Part shown: positions 17,817 to 27,256 of the stretch, piece by piece | Numbering within the stretch: position 1 is the stretch's first letter | Layout of the letters: every line of letters begins with the position of its first letter | Source of the DNA: an uncultured Alphaproteobacteria bacterium | GTDB taxonomy: Bacteria; Pseudomonadota; Alphaproteobacteria; Rs-D84 | NCBI GenBank assembly: GCA_944389345.1 | Contig: CALXMA010000002.1 | Coordinates: 11,406-75,405, forward strand | Length of the DNA stretch: 64,000 bases | Direction: 5' to 3' | Made by a program: the position numbers and the translations under genes | Notes under the pieces: model-generated | Seen by the model: the letters and a program-made list of their open reading frames with translations, nothing else | Told to the model about the DNA's origin: nothing | Databases searched by the model: none

Positions 17817-18776
17817 ATGTCAAATGTTGTTCTGGAATCTTTGCTGAAACCGCTGGAAGAATTCTATAAACCGTCGTTCGTAGAAGAAATTGCCATAAAC
17901 CACGCGGGCCAGGTATGGATGCGTCTGCACGGCGCACGCGTACCATGGGTGGCGTATAATGCAGAAAATCTGACAAAACAATATTTAATAGATCTGATTC
18001 ATACCGTCGCAAATATATACGAACGGCCGTTTGACCCAATTCACGGTATGCCCGTCGTATATGCGACGTTGCCCGGGAATCATCGATTTACCGCAATTGC
18101 CGGGCCGAATGTTCAATATGACGAACGCGACATTACCGGCGGTGTGGCATTGAATATCCGCGGAACATCCGCACCTGAAACATCTTTTGAGCAATATCAT
18201 CTGGAACGTGGGAAAAAATTATTGGTCGTAAATCCGCGAAAATCTGAACGCCCAGATGACCCGTATGAAAGACTGATGTCCGCCATTAATGATGGCAGTC
18301 CGATTTTAATCAGTGGCGCAACCGCAACCGGTAAAACAACGTTTTTGAATCATATGTTGACACTGATTGATAAAAACAGTCGTGTCATAACCGTCGAAGA
18401 CGCCCGCGAAATCAGTGTTCCACAACCAAATCACGTGCATTTTATACTGTCGCGCACAGAACAAACAAACGATTTTAACTATGCGCGGTTGCTGGACCTG
18501 GTTGTGCGTATGACCCCAGATATCATTATCGGTGGCGAAATTTCCACAGATAATGCGTCCGCACTGTGGGAAATGCTGGGGACGGGACACGATCATTTCT
18601 ATACCACAATACATGCAGAAAATGCCGAAGCCGCGTATTCCGCGTTCGCAGACCGCATCCTGCATACCCAGCCTGCGTACAATCGCGCCGAATTAATCGC
18701 GGAAATGAAGAAAAAAATCCGCGTTGTGCAATTATCTCGCGATGGGGCCTTGCGCGCCGTCACAGAAGTACTATAA
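17817..18776 (+). CDS. VirB11/TrbB-family secretion ATPase (orphan)
   Basis: Motifs seen are Walker A SGATATGKTTFLN, Walker B RVITVEDARE and the His box GTGHDHFYTTIHA. No other type IV secretion genes are nearby. Confidence 0.75.
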   Translation: MSNVVLESLLKPLEEFYKPSFVEEIAINHAGQVWMRLHGARVPWVAYNAENLTKQYLIDLIHTVANIYERPFDPIHGMPVVYATLPGNHRFTAIAGPNVQYDERDITGGVALNIRGTSAPETSFEQYHLERGKKLLVVNPRKSERPDDPYERLMSAINDGSPILISGATATGKTTFLNHMLTLIDKNSRVITVEDAREISVPQPNHVHFILSRTEQTNDFNYARLLDLVVRMTPDIIIGGEISTDNASALWEMLGTGHDHFYTTIHAENAEAAYSAFADRILHTQPAYNRAELIAEMKKKIRVVQLSRDGALRAVTEVL

Positions 18777-18824
18777 TAATATTTGTACAAACTTAATATT
18801 TAACTTAAAAATTAAGGATAAAAA

Positions 18825-19019
18825 ATGGAAAACAAAGCAAAAAGTCCTTGGTTGGACGATCGACTGGATGCCGCAAAATCCGAAGCGGAACGCCAGGCTA
18901 TACTGAGAGAATGGGGCGAACAGAAACTGGAATACGCACGCCAAAGAGAAGAAGCGTGGCTGAACGGGCCGTCTTTGTTCGATAAAATAAAATCCCTGTT
19001 CCGCGGGAATCAGCGTTAA
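18825..19019 (+). CDS. Small hypothetical protein (64 aa)
   Basis: The ORF has an AAGGA SD and is followed by a terminator. Confidence 0.35.
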   Translation: MENKAKSPWLDDRLDAAKSEAERQAILREWGEQKLEYARQREEAWLNGPSLFDKIKSLFRGNQR

Positions 19020-19020
19020 T

Positions 19021-19048
19021 AAAAGGCGTCGTTTTGACGCCTTTTATT
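19021..19048. terminator. Bidirectional intrinsic terminator
   Basis: The hairpin GGCGTC-GTTTT-GACGCC is flanked by A and T runs. Confidence 0.65.
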
Positions 19049-19065
19049 ATTCCCATATTGGGATA

Positions 19066-21279
19066 TCACATAAAATTCTGGGGGTTAACGTCGATTTTTA
19101 TCCTGACATTCGCGGGTATGCGCACCCCGGACAACCAACGACTGACCACCGGTTGCAACATCGCGCGCGCGTCGCCCGCAACCAAAAAACGCATTCTGTA
19201 CCAATTACGTATCTGGTAAATCTGGGCGGCGATGGGCCCCATTATCTTGACCCCGTTCGCAATTGGGGCGCGCGCCGACATATCCGCACAGACACGACGC
19301 AATGTTTGTTCCTTGTCCGCTTCGACCACGATGGCAATTAGCTGGCCATACGGGGGCATTTTTGCCGTGCGACGCGCGGACATATCAGATGCCATAAACG
19401 CATCACGATCGCCATTGCATATCGCATTCAGCACCGGATTGTCCGGTTGATACGTTTGCATCAATACCGTCCCAGGAATTGCACCACGACCCGCACGACC
19501 AGCGACCTGGAACAACTGTTGAAACGTGTGTTCGGCCGCACGAAAATCGGTACCGAACAACCCCATATCCGCATCAACCACACCAACCAGTGTCAGGTTC
19601 GGGAAATGGTGTCCCTTGGCCAGAATCTGGGTACCGATAACAATATCGATGTCCCCCGATTCCATTTTACCGACCAGACGTTCCAGTGCCTGGCGCGACA
19701 TAATCGTATCACTGGACACCAAGGCGGTACGCGCATTGGGAAATTTCACAGAAACTTCTTCGGCGATTTTTTCCAGCCCCGCCCCGCGACACGAAACAGT
19801 ATCGCCACACGACGGGCAATGTTCTGGCATTGGCGATGTGCGCCCGCACATGTGGCACAGTAATTTTCCCATCTGTTTATGGTATGTCATACCGACACTG
19901 CAATCCGGGCACTGGGCCACCCAGCCACATTTTTTACACTGAACAATCGGGGCAAAGCCACGACGATTTATAAACAACATAACCTGTTGCGATGCATTCA
20001 ATGTATTGGATATCGCATCACACAGCGGGGGCGACAGATATCCCGCACGCGGTTGGGCATCGTCCGAATCCGTTGGCAATGTATATTGCGTTGGGCGGTT
20101 TTCACGCATATCGATTGTTTTTATCGTTGGCAATGTCGCCCCACCAAAACGCGATGTTAATTTCAATCGGATGTATTTACCATCTGCAACATTTTGCAAC
20201 GTTTCCGCAGACGGGGTCGCAGACGCCAAAACAATCGGAAATCCAGAAATTTTTGCACGCAATACCGCCATGTCACGCGCGTGATAGTTCCCCATATCTT
20301 CCTGTTTATATGACCCGTCGTGTTCTTCGTCCACGACAACCAGGCCCAAATTCTGCCACGGTAAAAACAGCGCACTGCGCGTGCCGACAACCATTCGAAT
20401 TTTTCCGCGCAATACACCGCGCCAAATTTCGCGACGGCGCGCAGATGTTAAATTACTGTGCCAGACGACCGGGGGCGCGCCAAAGCGTGATGCATACCGC
20501 GACATAAACTGGGCCGTCAGGGCAATTTCCGGCATCATTAATAACACAGACGCACCACGACTGTATGCGCGCCACGCAGAATCAAAATAAACCTGGGTTT
20601 TACCACTGCCCGTGATGCCGTCCAACAGGTACGCAGAAAAACCGCCACGCGATATGGCATCGCCAATCTGGGCCGCGGCCGCAGACTGTTCCGCATTCAG
20701 TTCCACGTTGCCCATGTCATGATATTCATACTGAAACGCGTCTGAATCACGTGGACGCATCGTCGTTGGTGTTAAAATTCCGCGGTCAATCATACCACGA
20801 ACAACGGCGCCACTGACGTGCGCAATGTTCTGGATATCCGACGCAGACATCGCATCATTATCATTGGACGAAAACGCATCCGCAACACGTTCGCGCGCGT
20901 CCGTCATACGCGATTTAACATCCGGATTATAAACGTACAACTGGTCCATTCGCGGTGGCGAAAATGCATCTGGGACATTTACAATTAATCGTAATACCGC
21001 ACCCGGCGTCATTAATGTCCATGCAGACATTTTCTGAATCCACGTCAAATCATCAATCGATAAATGTTCGGGAAATACATCAATTGTATCTTTGATTTTA
21101 TCGGGGGCGCGACCACTGTCCCCCAGGCCGTACACGACGCCAATATACGGACGATTCATAACAGACACGCGGACAAAACTGCCCAAATCAGCCGGCGCAT
21201 TTAACCGATAGTCATAGCCGGTATTCACAACGTTCGGAATCAAGACTTTTACAATATCACCCGTTTTGAACATGCCCAT
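19066..21279 (-). CDS. priA: Primosomal protein N' (replication restart helicase PriA)
   Basis: Features seen are GITGSGKTQVY, VVDEEHD, the Zn-finger region CKKCGWVAQCPDCSVGMTYH...CHMCG...CPSCG, and QVAGRAGR. Confidence 0.9.
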   Translation of the reverse strand: MGMFKTGDIVKVLIPNVVNTGYDYRLNAPADLGSFVRVSVMNRPYIGVVYGLGDSGRAPDKIKDTIDVFPEHLSIDDLTWIQKMSAWTLMTPGAVLRLIVNVPDAFSPPRMDQLYVYNPDVKSRMTDARERVADAFSSNDNDAMSASDIQNIAHVSGAVVRGMIDRGILTPTTMRPRDSDAFQYEYHDMGNVELNAEQSAAAAQIGDAISRGGFSAYLLDGITGSGKTQVYFDSAWRAYSRGASVLLMMPEIALTAQFMSRYASRFGAPPVVWHSNLTSARRREIWRGVLRGKIRMVVGTRSALFLPWQNLGLVVVDEEHDGSYKQEDMGNYHARDMAVLRAKISGFPIVLASATPSAETLQNVADGKYIRLKLTSRFGGATLPTIKTIDMRENRPTQYTLPTDSDDAQPRAGYLSPPLCDAISNTLNASQQVMLFINRRGFAPIVQCKKCGWVAQCPDCSVGMTYHKQMGKLLCHMCGRTSPMPEHCPSCGDTVSCRGAGLEKIAEEVSVKFPNARTALVSSDTIMSRQALERLVGKMESGDIDIVIGTQILAKGHHFPNLTLVGVVDADMGLFGTDFRAAEHTFQQLFQVAGRAGRGAIPGTVLMQTYQPDNPVLNAICNGDRDAFMASDMSARRTAKMPPYGQLIAIVVEADKEQTLRRVCADMSARAPIANGVKIMGPIAAQIYQIRNWYRMRFLVAGDARAMLQPVVSRWLSGVRIPANVRIKIDVNPQNFM

Positions 21280-21339
21280 AAAGTACTTGTTTTTTTATTT
21301 TTTTTCAATAATATTTATGCGTGAGCAAGGTTGTGATTT

Positions 21340-22068
21340 ATGTGGAAACTGTTTTTTGAAATATGTGATGTGTTATGCTGTTTAATTCCAAACCGTCGTG
21401 TGCGCGAAGATATCAGACGCCGTAAACTGTTCGATTGGCGTAAAAAATATAATGCATTGCGCAAACACTATCCCGAATTAGACTTTCGGCACGTTGTCAT
21501 GATAAAAGGCGGGTGGAATATCGGATTTATCGTTGACAAGAAATACGTTTTCAAAATCAAAAAGTTCTTTGATGCGTCTGTGCCAATGGAAAAAATCGTG
21601 CGCGAAAAGCGTATAACAGATGCGTTTCAAAATATTTCGCCATTGGCTATTCCAAAAATCGATATCGTTAATGCCGATGGATATACTTTCTTTAAGTATA
21701 ATTTTATGCCGGGCAAGAACCTGAATACTTGTTCGTATAAACAGATTAGACAGCATCGGCAGAAACTGGGGCAACAATTGGCAGAATTTATCTATGCCGT
21801 GCACAACGCGCGCCCCACAGAAATAGAAGACCTGCGCGATGAACGTCCCGGCGATGGATGGAACCATAATGATATATGCAACAATATTATCATAGATAAA
21901 AAAAGTATGCGCATCGTCGGACTGATTGACTGGGAATATGCCGGATGGAATACGTTGGAAACAGAATTTAACAATATCACCAGATTTTCAAAAAACATGG
22001 CGAAATCGGGCATTCTGGACGAAGTCCGCAAACATTACGAATTTTTAACCCAGTCGTCCAAAAAATAA
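21340..22068 (+). CDS. APH/choline-kinase-family phosphotransferase
   Basis: The Brenner-type motif HNDICNNIII and GLIDWEYAGW are present. Confidence 0.65.
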   Translation: MWKLFFEICDVLCCLIPNRRVREDIRRRKLFDWRKKYNALRKHYPELDFRHVVMIKGGWNIGFIVDKKYVFKIKKFFDASVPMEKIVREKRITDAFQNISPLAIPKIDIVNADGYTFFKYNFMPGKNLNTCSYKQIRQHRQKLGQQLAEFIYAVHNARPTEIEDLRDERPGDGWNHNDICNNIIIDKKSMRIVGLIDWEYAGWNTLETEFNNITRFSKNMAKSGILDEVRKHYEFLTQSSKK

Positions 22069-22152
22069 TTCCAAGGTTCCCTTTTATTCTGTTGACAAAA
22101 CACAGATTTGTGCTATTATGTTTTTGTCAAGCATAAAACAAGGGGCGTATCT

Positions 22153-22677
22153 ATGACCAAAAACAGCAAAAAGCAGACCGCAACCCAGCGCATATTTGCA
22201 GCATACACAAAATATATCAGCGAATTAGTATTGGACAAATATGGTCCATCTTATTCAACCCAGGAAGAAATGCGAAATTCTTGGCGTCATAAAATCCAGT
22301 ACAGCAGTGAAATTGAAAATTTCTTGATATTCAAAACACAGATGTTTATTCGGTTCTTGGATTCGCGCGATTCTAATTCCACAAATCCCCAGGTATTGGA
22401 TGCATTAACACGGGAAATCGCAGATTATCTGTCGGCGTATACTATGCGGGCACCAAATGTCCCGACACGCAAAAAGGCGAAAGCAATATTAAAGCATACG
22501 TTGTACGATAATTCTTCATATATTCGATATCTGTTAATCAACCAAGAATTAAAACGAAATGACCGCGACAAAAGACGCAAAAGATATGTCAACGCAAAAC
22601 GTTGTGTACGTGATTTTGAACATACTAAATCTGACACGGTGCGCGGTGTTATTGAAATCGTAATTCGTAAACGTTAA
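22153..22677 (+). CDS. Hypothetical basic protein (174 aa)
   Basis: The ORF has an AAGGGG SD, and I recognise no family. Confidence 0.4.
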   Translation: MTKNSKKQTATQRIFAAYTKYISELVLDKYGPSYSTQEEMRNSWRHKIQYSSEIENFLIFKTQMFIRFLDSRDSNSTNPQVLDALTREIADYLSAYTMRAPNVPTRKKAKAILKHTLYDNSSYIRYLLINQELKRNDRDKRRKRYVNAKRCVRDFEHTKSDTVRGVIEIVIRKR

Positions 22678-22679
22678 TT

Positions 22680-23564
22680 TTATTCAAAATCTGGCAAATC
22701 GCACGACGCATCGGCGATTTCTGTATCGGCAACGAATTGGGTACGAAACCACGTTCGTTGCCGTTTTGCGTATTGATTGGTCTTGGTCGTCCAATCCGCA
22801 ATACATTCGTCATACGAAATTTTACCGCGAATATAGTCGCATAACTGGGGCGCACCAATCGCACGGCGCGCATCCCAACCAGATTCCAGAATTCTGCGCG
22901 CATCGTCCAACGCACCGTCCGCAACCATTTCTGGGATGCGCGTTGCAATTCTGTGGCGCAACGTATCGGCATCAGGATTAATCAAAATCTTATGCGGTGT
23001 TGGTGTAATCGCACCAGTACGTGGCAATTTTTGCCACTGGGTAATATGTTGGCCCGTTTGTAAAAATACCTCTATCCCGCGGGCAACACGTTGCGGGTCT
23101 GTTGCGGTAAATTCGGGTGGCAACATACGGCGCGCAGACACAATGTCGCGGGCAACCATTTCACGTGCACGCGCGCGATTTTCCGGTGATATTTCCGGCA
23201 TTGGTGATATGCCCGCGATAATCGCATTCAGATAATATCCCGTTCCACCAACAAATATCGGTGTACGTCCAGATGATATCGCGTGTTCGTATTCTGTACG
23301 TGCCATGCGCAAATAGTCAACCACGCTGATTTGTTCAGACAATGGTAATACAGAAAATAATCTGTATGGTATACCGTCCAGTTCTGCTGTGATTTCACGT
23401 GTGGCGAACGGACTGGCGGAAATAACCTCTATCCCACGATATATTTGAACACTGTCGCAGTTTATGATGGTGCCATTCACCGCGCGGGCCAATCTGTGGG
23501 CGAACCCAGATTTCCCCGATGCGGTCGGTCCCGTGATTATAAAAGATGTGTGTTTTTTCATCAT
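22680..23564 (-). CDS. miaA: tRNA dimethylallyltransferase
   Basis: The P-loop GPTASGKS, IINCDSVQIY and VGGTGYY are present. Confidence 0.9.
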   Translation of the reverse strand: MMKKHTSFIITGPTASGKSGFAHRLARAVNGTIINCDSVQIYRGIEVISASPFATREITAELDGIPYRLFSVLPLSEQISVVDYLRMARTEYEHAISSGRTPIFVGGTGYYLNAIIAGISPMPEISPENRARAREMVARDIVSARRMLPPEFTATDPQRVARGIEVFLQTGQHITQWQKLPRTGAITPTPHKILINPDADTLRHRIATRIPEMVADGALDDARRILESGWDARRAIGAPQLCDYIRGKISYDECIADWTTKTNQYAKRQRTWFRTQFVADTEIADASCDLPDFE

Positions 23565-23696
23565 TTTGCCTGATTATACAAATCTTTCCCCGGATTTTCA
23601 ACATTTTGCGCCGGGTGTAAATTTTCAGATTGAACATTTCATATCAGATGATAAAATACCCACCGTCCAATTAAGAAAAAACGAAAGGAATTAAAA

Positions 23697-24698
23697 ATGT
23701 CTAAGATAAGAGTTGCTATTAATGGATTCGGCCGTATCGGTCGTTTGGTGTTGCGCGCCGCGTTGGTGTCTGGGCGTGATGACATCGAATTTGTTGCGGT
23801 AAACGATCTGGCGCCGGCGGAACAAAATGCATATTTGTTACAGTATGATTCTGTGCATGGAAAATTGCCGATGGACGTGAAACTGGACGGTGAATACATC
23901 ATCGTCGGTAATCAGAAAATTAAATGCATTGCCGAAAAAGATCCAACTAAATTGCCTTGGCGTGATTTGGATATCGATGTCGTCATGGAATGCACCGGTA
24001 TCTTTACCGCCGCCGAAAAGGCACGCGTACATCTGGAATGTGGCGCAAAGCGTGTGTTGGTATCCGCACCGTCGGCCGGCGCAGATAAAACCATTGTATA
24101 TGGCGTAAATCAAGACACTTTGACATCCGATGATTTGATTGTGTCAAACGCATCTTGCACAACAAACTGTCTGGCACCAGTGGCCAAAGTTCTGGACGAA
24201 AAATTTGGTATCGTGTCCGGGTGGATGACAACCGTGCACGCGTATACCGGCGATCAACAGTTGCTGGACAAAAATCACAAAGATTTCCGTCGCGCACGTG
24301 CGGCCGGTCTGTCTATGATACCAACCAGCACCGGCGCCGCCAAGGCAATCGGACTGGTTCTGCCGAATTTGGCGGGTAAACTGGACGGAATGGCCATTCG
24401 TGTTCCAACACCAGATGTGTCTGTGGTCGAACTGGTTGTTAATTTGGCCCAAGACGCAACCGTCGACGAAATCAATAACGCGATGAAATCGGCCCAATCC
24501 AAAACATTTGGATACAATGATTTGCCGATGGTTTCTGTGGATTTCAAGGGCGACGCACACAGTTCTATATTTGACGCGTCCCAGACCAAGGTGTTGGGCG
24601 ACCGTCTGGTACATGTGACCGCGTGGTACGACAATGAATGGGGATTTTCAAACCGTATGGGCGATACAGCCGTTGCGATTGGGAATCTGATTAAATAA
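23697..24698 (+). CDS. gap: Glyceraldehyde-3-phosphate dehydrogenase
   Basis: Motifs seen are INGFGRIGR, the active site SNASCTTNCLAP, and WYDNEWGFS. Confidence 0.95.
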   Translation: MSKIRVAINGFGRIGRLVLRAALVSGRDDIEFVAVNDLAPAEQNAYLLQYDSVHGKLPMDVKLDGEYIIVGNQKIKCIAEKDPTKLPWRDLDIDVVMECTGIFTAAEKARVHLECGAKRVLVSAPSAGADKTIVYGVNQDTLTSDDLIVSNASCTTNCLAPVAKVLDEKFGIVSGWMTTVHAYTGDQQLLDKNHKDFRRARAAGLSMIPTSTGAAKAIGLVLPNLAGKLDGMAIRVPTPDVSVVELVVNLAQDATVDEINNAMKSAQSKTFGYNDLPMVSVDFKGDAHSSIFDASQTKVLGDRLVHVTAWYDNEWGFSNRMGDTAVAIGNLIK

Positions 24699-24800
24699 TA
24701 ATGGGCGCCCCGTTTGGGGCGTTCTTGATTTTATACATTACAACAAAACATTCCCCCCAAAATGGGGGAATGCTTTTTGGGGGAAAAGCATGTTGGGGTT

Positions 24801-25409
24801 TTAGTTCTTCCAATAACAATTCGACGTATATTTGTACGTACCCGTGGAATCAGAACCCGTTGTCCCCGATGGGATATAGCACCCCGTTGCAGATGTTGTG
24901 CCCGCGGATGATGTACCACCACTGGGGCATGGACTGCACCCGGACGTGCCGTTTGATGAAGAACCATAGTATCCCGCCGCACAACGATATGAATATGTGG
25001 TTTTGCATGTGGTGCTGTCGGAACATGAACGGTTTGCCTTTCTTTGATATCCCGTGCCATAAGATGACCATGACGTGTCGCTTTTACAATTTGAAGTGGT
25101 ACAGGTGAGTAAACATGTATTATATGTCGCGTTTATCGTACCGCCCCCACAGCTTAGGACTGTTGATCTGGATACCTTGGTATATCCACTTTCGCAGGTC
25201 GTGCATGATTCAACACCCGTTTTGTAGGAGCCACTGCCCCAACATGTGGCGGTTGACATTGCACAATTTAAGCCCCGGACCTCGATGCTGGAATCAGATG
25301 GCATACATGCCATTTGTCTACAGACTGTAACTAGTCCAAAAGCCGTATTGGGGATTGTTAATATTCCCATCATTACCGATGGTATGATTAGCAGTGATGA
25401 TTTTTTCAT
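24801..25409 (-). CDS. Secreted Cys-rich repeat protein (GCC2/GCC3- or VSP-like CxxC...GYY repeats)
   Basis: It has the signal peptide MKKSSLLIIPSVMMGILTIPNTAFG. Repeats include CTTCESGYTK and CAAGYYGSSSNGTSGCSPCPSGGTS...GCY. An AAGGGA SD precedes the ATG at 25409. Confidence 0.55.
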   Translation of the reverse strand: MKKSSLLIIPSVMMGILTIPNTAFGLVTVCRQMACMPSDSSIEVRGLNCAMSTATCWGSGSYKTGVESCTTCESGYTKVSRSTVLSCGGGTINATYNTCLLTCTTSNCKSDTSWSSYGTGYQRKANRSCSDSTTCKTTYSYRCAAGYYGSSSNGTSGCSPCPSGGTSSAGTTSATGCYIPSGTTGSDSTGTYKYTSNCYWKN

Positions 25410-25798
25410 TTTTCTGTTCCCTTTTTTGTTTTTGTTAAACAAAAAACCACCAAAACCTTGGTGGTCGGGAGTTAGAAAAATCATAGAAGTTAATGATCCG
25501 TCGGATTTCGGTGCGCCCAGGGCAACACCTGTTGTATGACCGACACATCCCGACCCGATACAGTCAGGAACAAATGCGCATAAATGCACATGCATAATTC
25601 TAACGACCCAGGCAATAATCATACCCACGCCGAACTTCTAAGGGATTTTCTAAGTCCCAAAACCAATATTCATCGGTTTCGTTCCCAGTATAACCAAACA
25701 CCAATGCAAAAACAAGACATTAAACATCTTTTTCTATATTTTCATAAAAAACTGCTTGCATTTTATCAAACAACAGTATATTATATGCCTTGCTCTTT

Positions 25799-25876
25799 GG
25801 GGTTGTAGCTCAGCTGGTTTAGAGCGTCTGCCTGTCACGCAGAAGGTCGCGGGTTCGAGCCCCGTCAATCCCGCCA
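25799..25876 (+). tRNA. tRNA-Asp (GUC), CCA encoded
   Basis: A cloverleaf is readable, with acceptor GGGGTTG/CAATCCC, anticodon loop CUGUCAC and T-loop TTCGAGC. Confidence 0.9.
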
Positions 25877-25881
25877 GTATT

Positions 25882-25906
25882 ACACCGCCGTGTGCGGTGT
25901 TTTTTA
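25882..25906 (+). terminator. Intrinsic terminator after tRNA-Asp
   Basis: The hairpin ACACCGC-CGTGT-GCGGTGT is followed by TTTTT. Confidence 0.7.
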
Positions 25907-25988
25907 TTGCGCACGCGGAATAATATTCTGTTGATATATTTGACTGGATTGATATACTGTTCCCATAAACATAAAAAAAGGGGAAAAT

Positions 25989-26462
25989 ATGAACATCAAA
26001 TCTTTTGCTATGTTGGCCGGGGTTTTGGCACTGACCGCGTGTGGCGACGGTACACCAAACCCAGAATTGTTAAAGGGCGCAAACTTTGTCGCGGCTGGTA
26101 ACGATGTTGATATCACATTAAACTTTGACGCCAATGAAATGCGCGTCAATGGCCAGGTTGTAAATCTGTACAATGGTTCGTACCAGGTGGACGGTGATAA
26201 AATCACGTTCAGCCCATTCGCATCAACCATGATGATGGGCCCGATGGAGGCAATGCAAACAGAACAAGACTATTTCCAGTTCATGACAACCGTCGAATCG
26301 TATGACTTGAAAGACGGTCGGTTGACACTGAAAAATGCGGACGGCAAAGAAATTGTGTTCCAACAGGTTGAACAACCCGCGGAATCAGCAGAATCCGCAG
26401 AATCCGCAGACGGTGCCCAAGACGCCCCCGCGGACGCGGTTGCAATTCCGGTTGCAGAATAA
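25989..26462 (+). CDS. META-domain (HslJ-like) lipoprotein
   Basis: It has the lipobox LTAC. The sequence MRVNGQVVNLYNGSYQVDGDKITFSPFASTMMMGP matches the META pattern. The tail is acidic and ESA-repeat-rich. Confidence 0.7.
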   Translation: MNIKSFAMLAGVLALTACGDGTPNPELLKGANFVAAGNDVDITLNFDANEMRVNGQVVNLYNGSYQVDGDKITFSPFASTMMMGPMEAMQTEQDYFQFMTTVESYDLKDGRLTLKNADGKEIVFQQVEQPAESAESAESADGAQDAPADAVAIPVAE

Positions 26463-26491
26463 TAAATTTTGAAACGACCGGCATTTATGCC

Positions 26492-26520
26492 TTGACATTA
26501 CGGCAAATGCCGGTTATAAT
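26492..26520 (+). promoter_or_regulatory. Consensus sigma70 promoter for tRNA-Glu
   Basis: TTGACA (26492-26497) is followed by a 17-nt spacer and TATAAT (26515-26520). Confidence 0.6.
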
Positions 26521-26566
26521 TTGCCGGCGTTTTGTGGTTGTATGCACCCACACGCATGGCAGTTTT

Positions 26567-26642
26567 GGCCCCATCGTCTAGAGGCCCAGGACACCGCCCT
26601 TTCAAGGCGAGAACACCAGTTCGAATCTGGTTGGGGCTGCCA
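26567..26642 (+). tRNA. tRNA-Glu (UUC), CCA encoded
   Basis: The sequence GGCCCCATCGTCTAGAGGCCCAGGACACCGCCCTTTCAAGGCG... is close to canonical tRNA-Glu. The anticodon loop is CUUUCAA. Confidence 0.9.
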
Positions 26643-26681
26643 AGATAAACAACGACCCTTGTGGTCGTTTTTTATTTTGCT
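26624..26681 (+). repeat. Direct repeat copy 1 (58 nt): last 19 nt of tRNA-Glu plus its terminator
   Basis: It is identical to 26807-26864 (AATCTGGTTGGGGCTGCCAAGATAAACAACGACCCTTGTGGTCGTTTTTTATTTTGCT). Confidence 0.85.
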
Positions 26682-26806
26682 GTCAGTTCCCCAGATTTGA
26701 ACTGGTACAGTTCGTGCGCGAAGTTGGTAAAAATACGCGTAGCGTGTTTGAACCTTACGAGCCGAAAGGGGCCCACCACGCCTGATATGGCGTGGTGGGA
26801 ATTTAC

Positions 26807-26864
26807 AATCTGGTTGGGGCTGCCAAGATAAACAACGACCCTTGTGGTCGTTTTTTATTTTGCT
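26807..26864 (+). repeat. Direct repeat copy 2 (58 nt): orphan tRNA-Glu 3' end plus terminator
   Basis: It is identical to 26624-26681. It is preceded by an 11-bp hairpin (26772-26799). Confidence 0.85.
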
Positions 26865-27001
26865 TGGAATGCCGGTATCTGGTGGGGGAAATTGGGTTTG
26901 GGAAATTTAGGAATTTTTACCCCTGTACTTTTACGGGATTTTAGGATACAATTCAACCTGTCCTTGACATCAATCAAGATTTTACAAAGGAGAGAGCAAA
27001 A

Positions 27002-27232
27002 ATGACACCAAAAGACGTTTGGTCAGCGGTCGATCGCATCGCAGAAAAAATGGGACTGAGTTGCTCGGGTCTGGCCAAGGCTTGTGGTATGAGTCCGACC
27101 GCATTTAACAAAAGCAAACGCGTTTCAAAATATGGAAAGCCACACTGGCCGTCTGGTAATACATTATACAAAATCGCATCGTTTGCTAAATTAAGCCCAG
27201 AAGAGTTTGGAAGAATTGTATATCATGCATAA
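27002..27232 (+). CDS. Small HTH protein, paralog of 12460-12705
   Basis: VWSAVDRIAEKMGLSCSGLAKACGMSPTAFNKSKRVSKYGKPHWPSGNTLYKI aligns residue for residue with the other copy. The SD context is similar (AGGAGAGAG). Confidence 0.6.
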   Translation: MTPKDVWSAVDRIAEKMGLSCSGLAKACGMSPTAFNKSKRVSKYGKPHWPSGNTLYKIASFAKLSPEEFGRIVYHA

Positions 27233-27256
27233 AAAACCGCCCAAACGGGCGGTTTC

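Noticed and set aside
26380-26410. The ESAESAESA micro-repeat at the 3' end of the META lipoprotein gene.
   Set aside because: It is a short in-frame low-complexity tail and has no independent feature.
26682-26806. A possible minus-strand tRNA in the spacer between the tRNA-Glu repeats (T-arm-like ACCAGTTCAAATCTGGG).
   Set aside because: I could find no complementary acceptor 5' strand, D-arm or anticodon arm. It is at best a tRNA 3' fragment.
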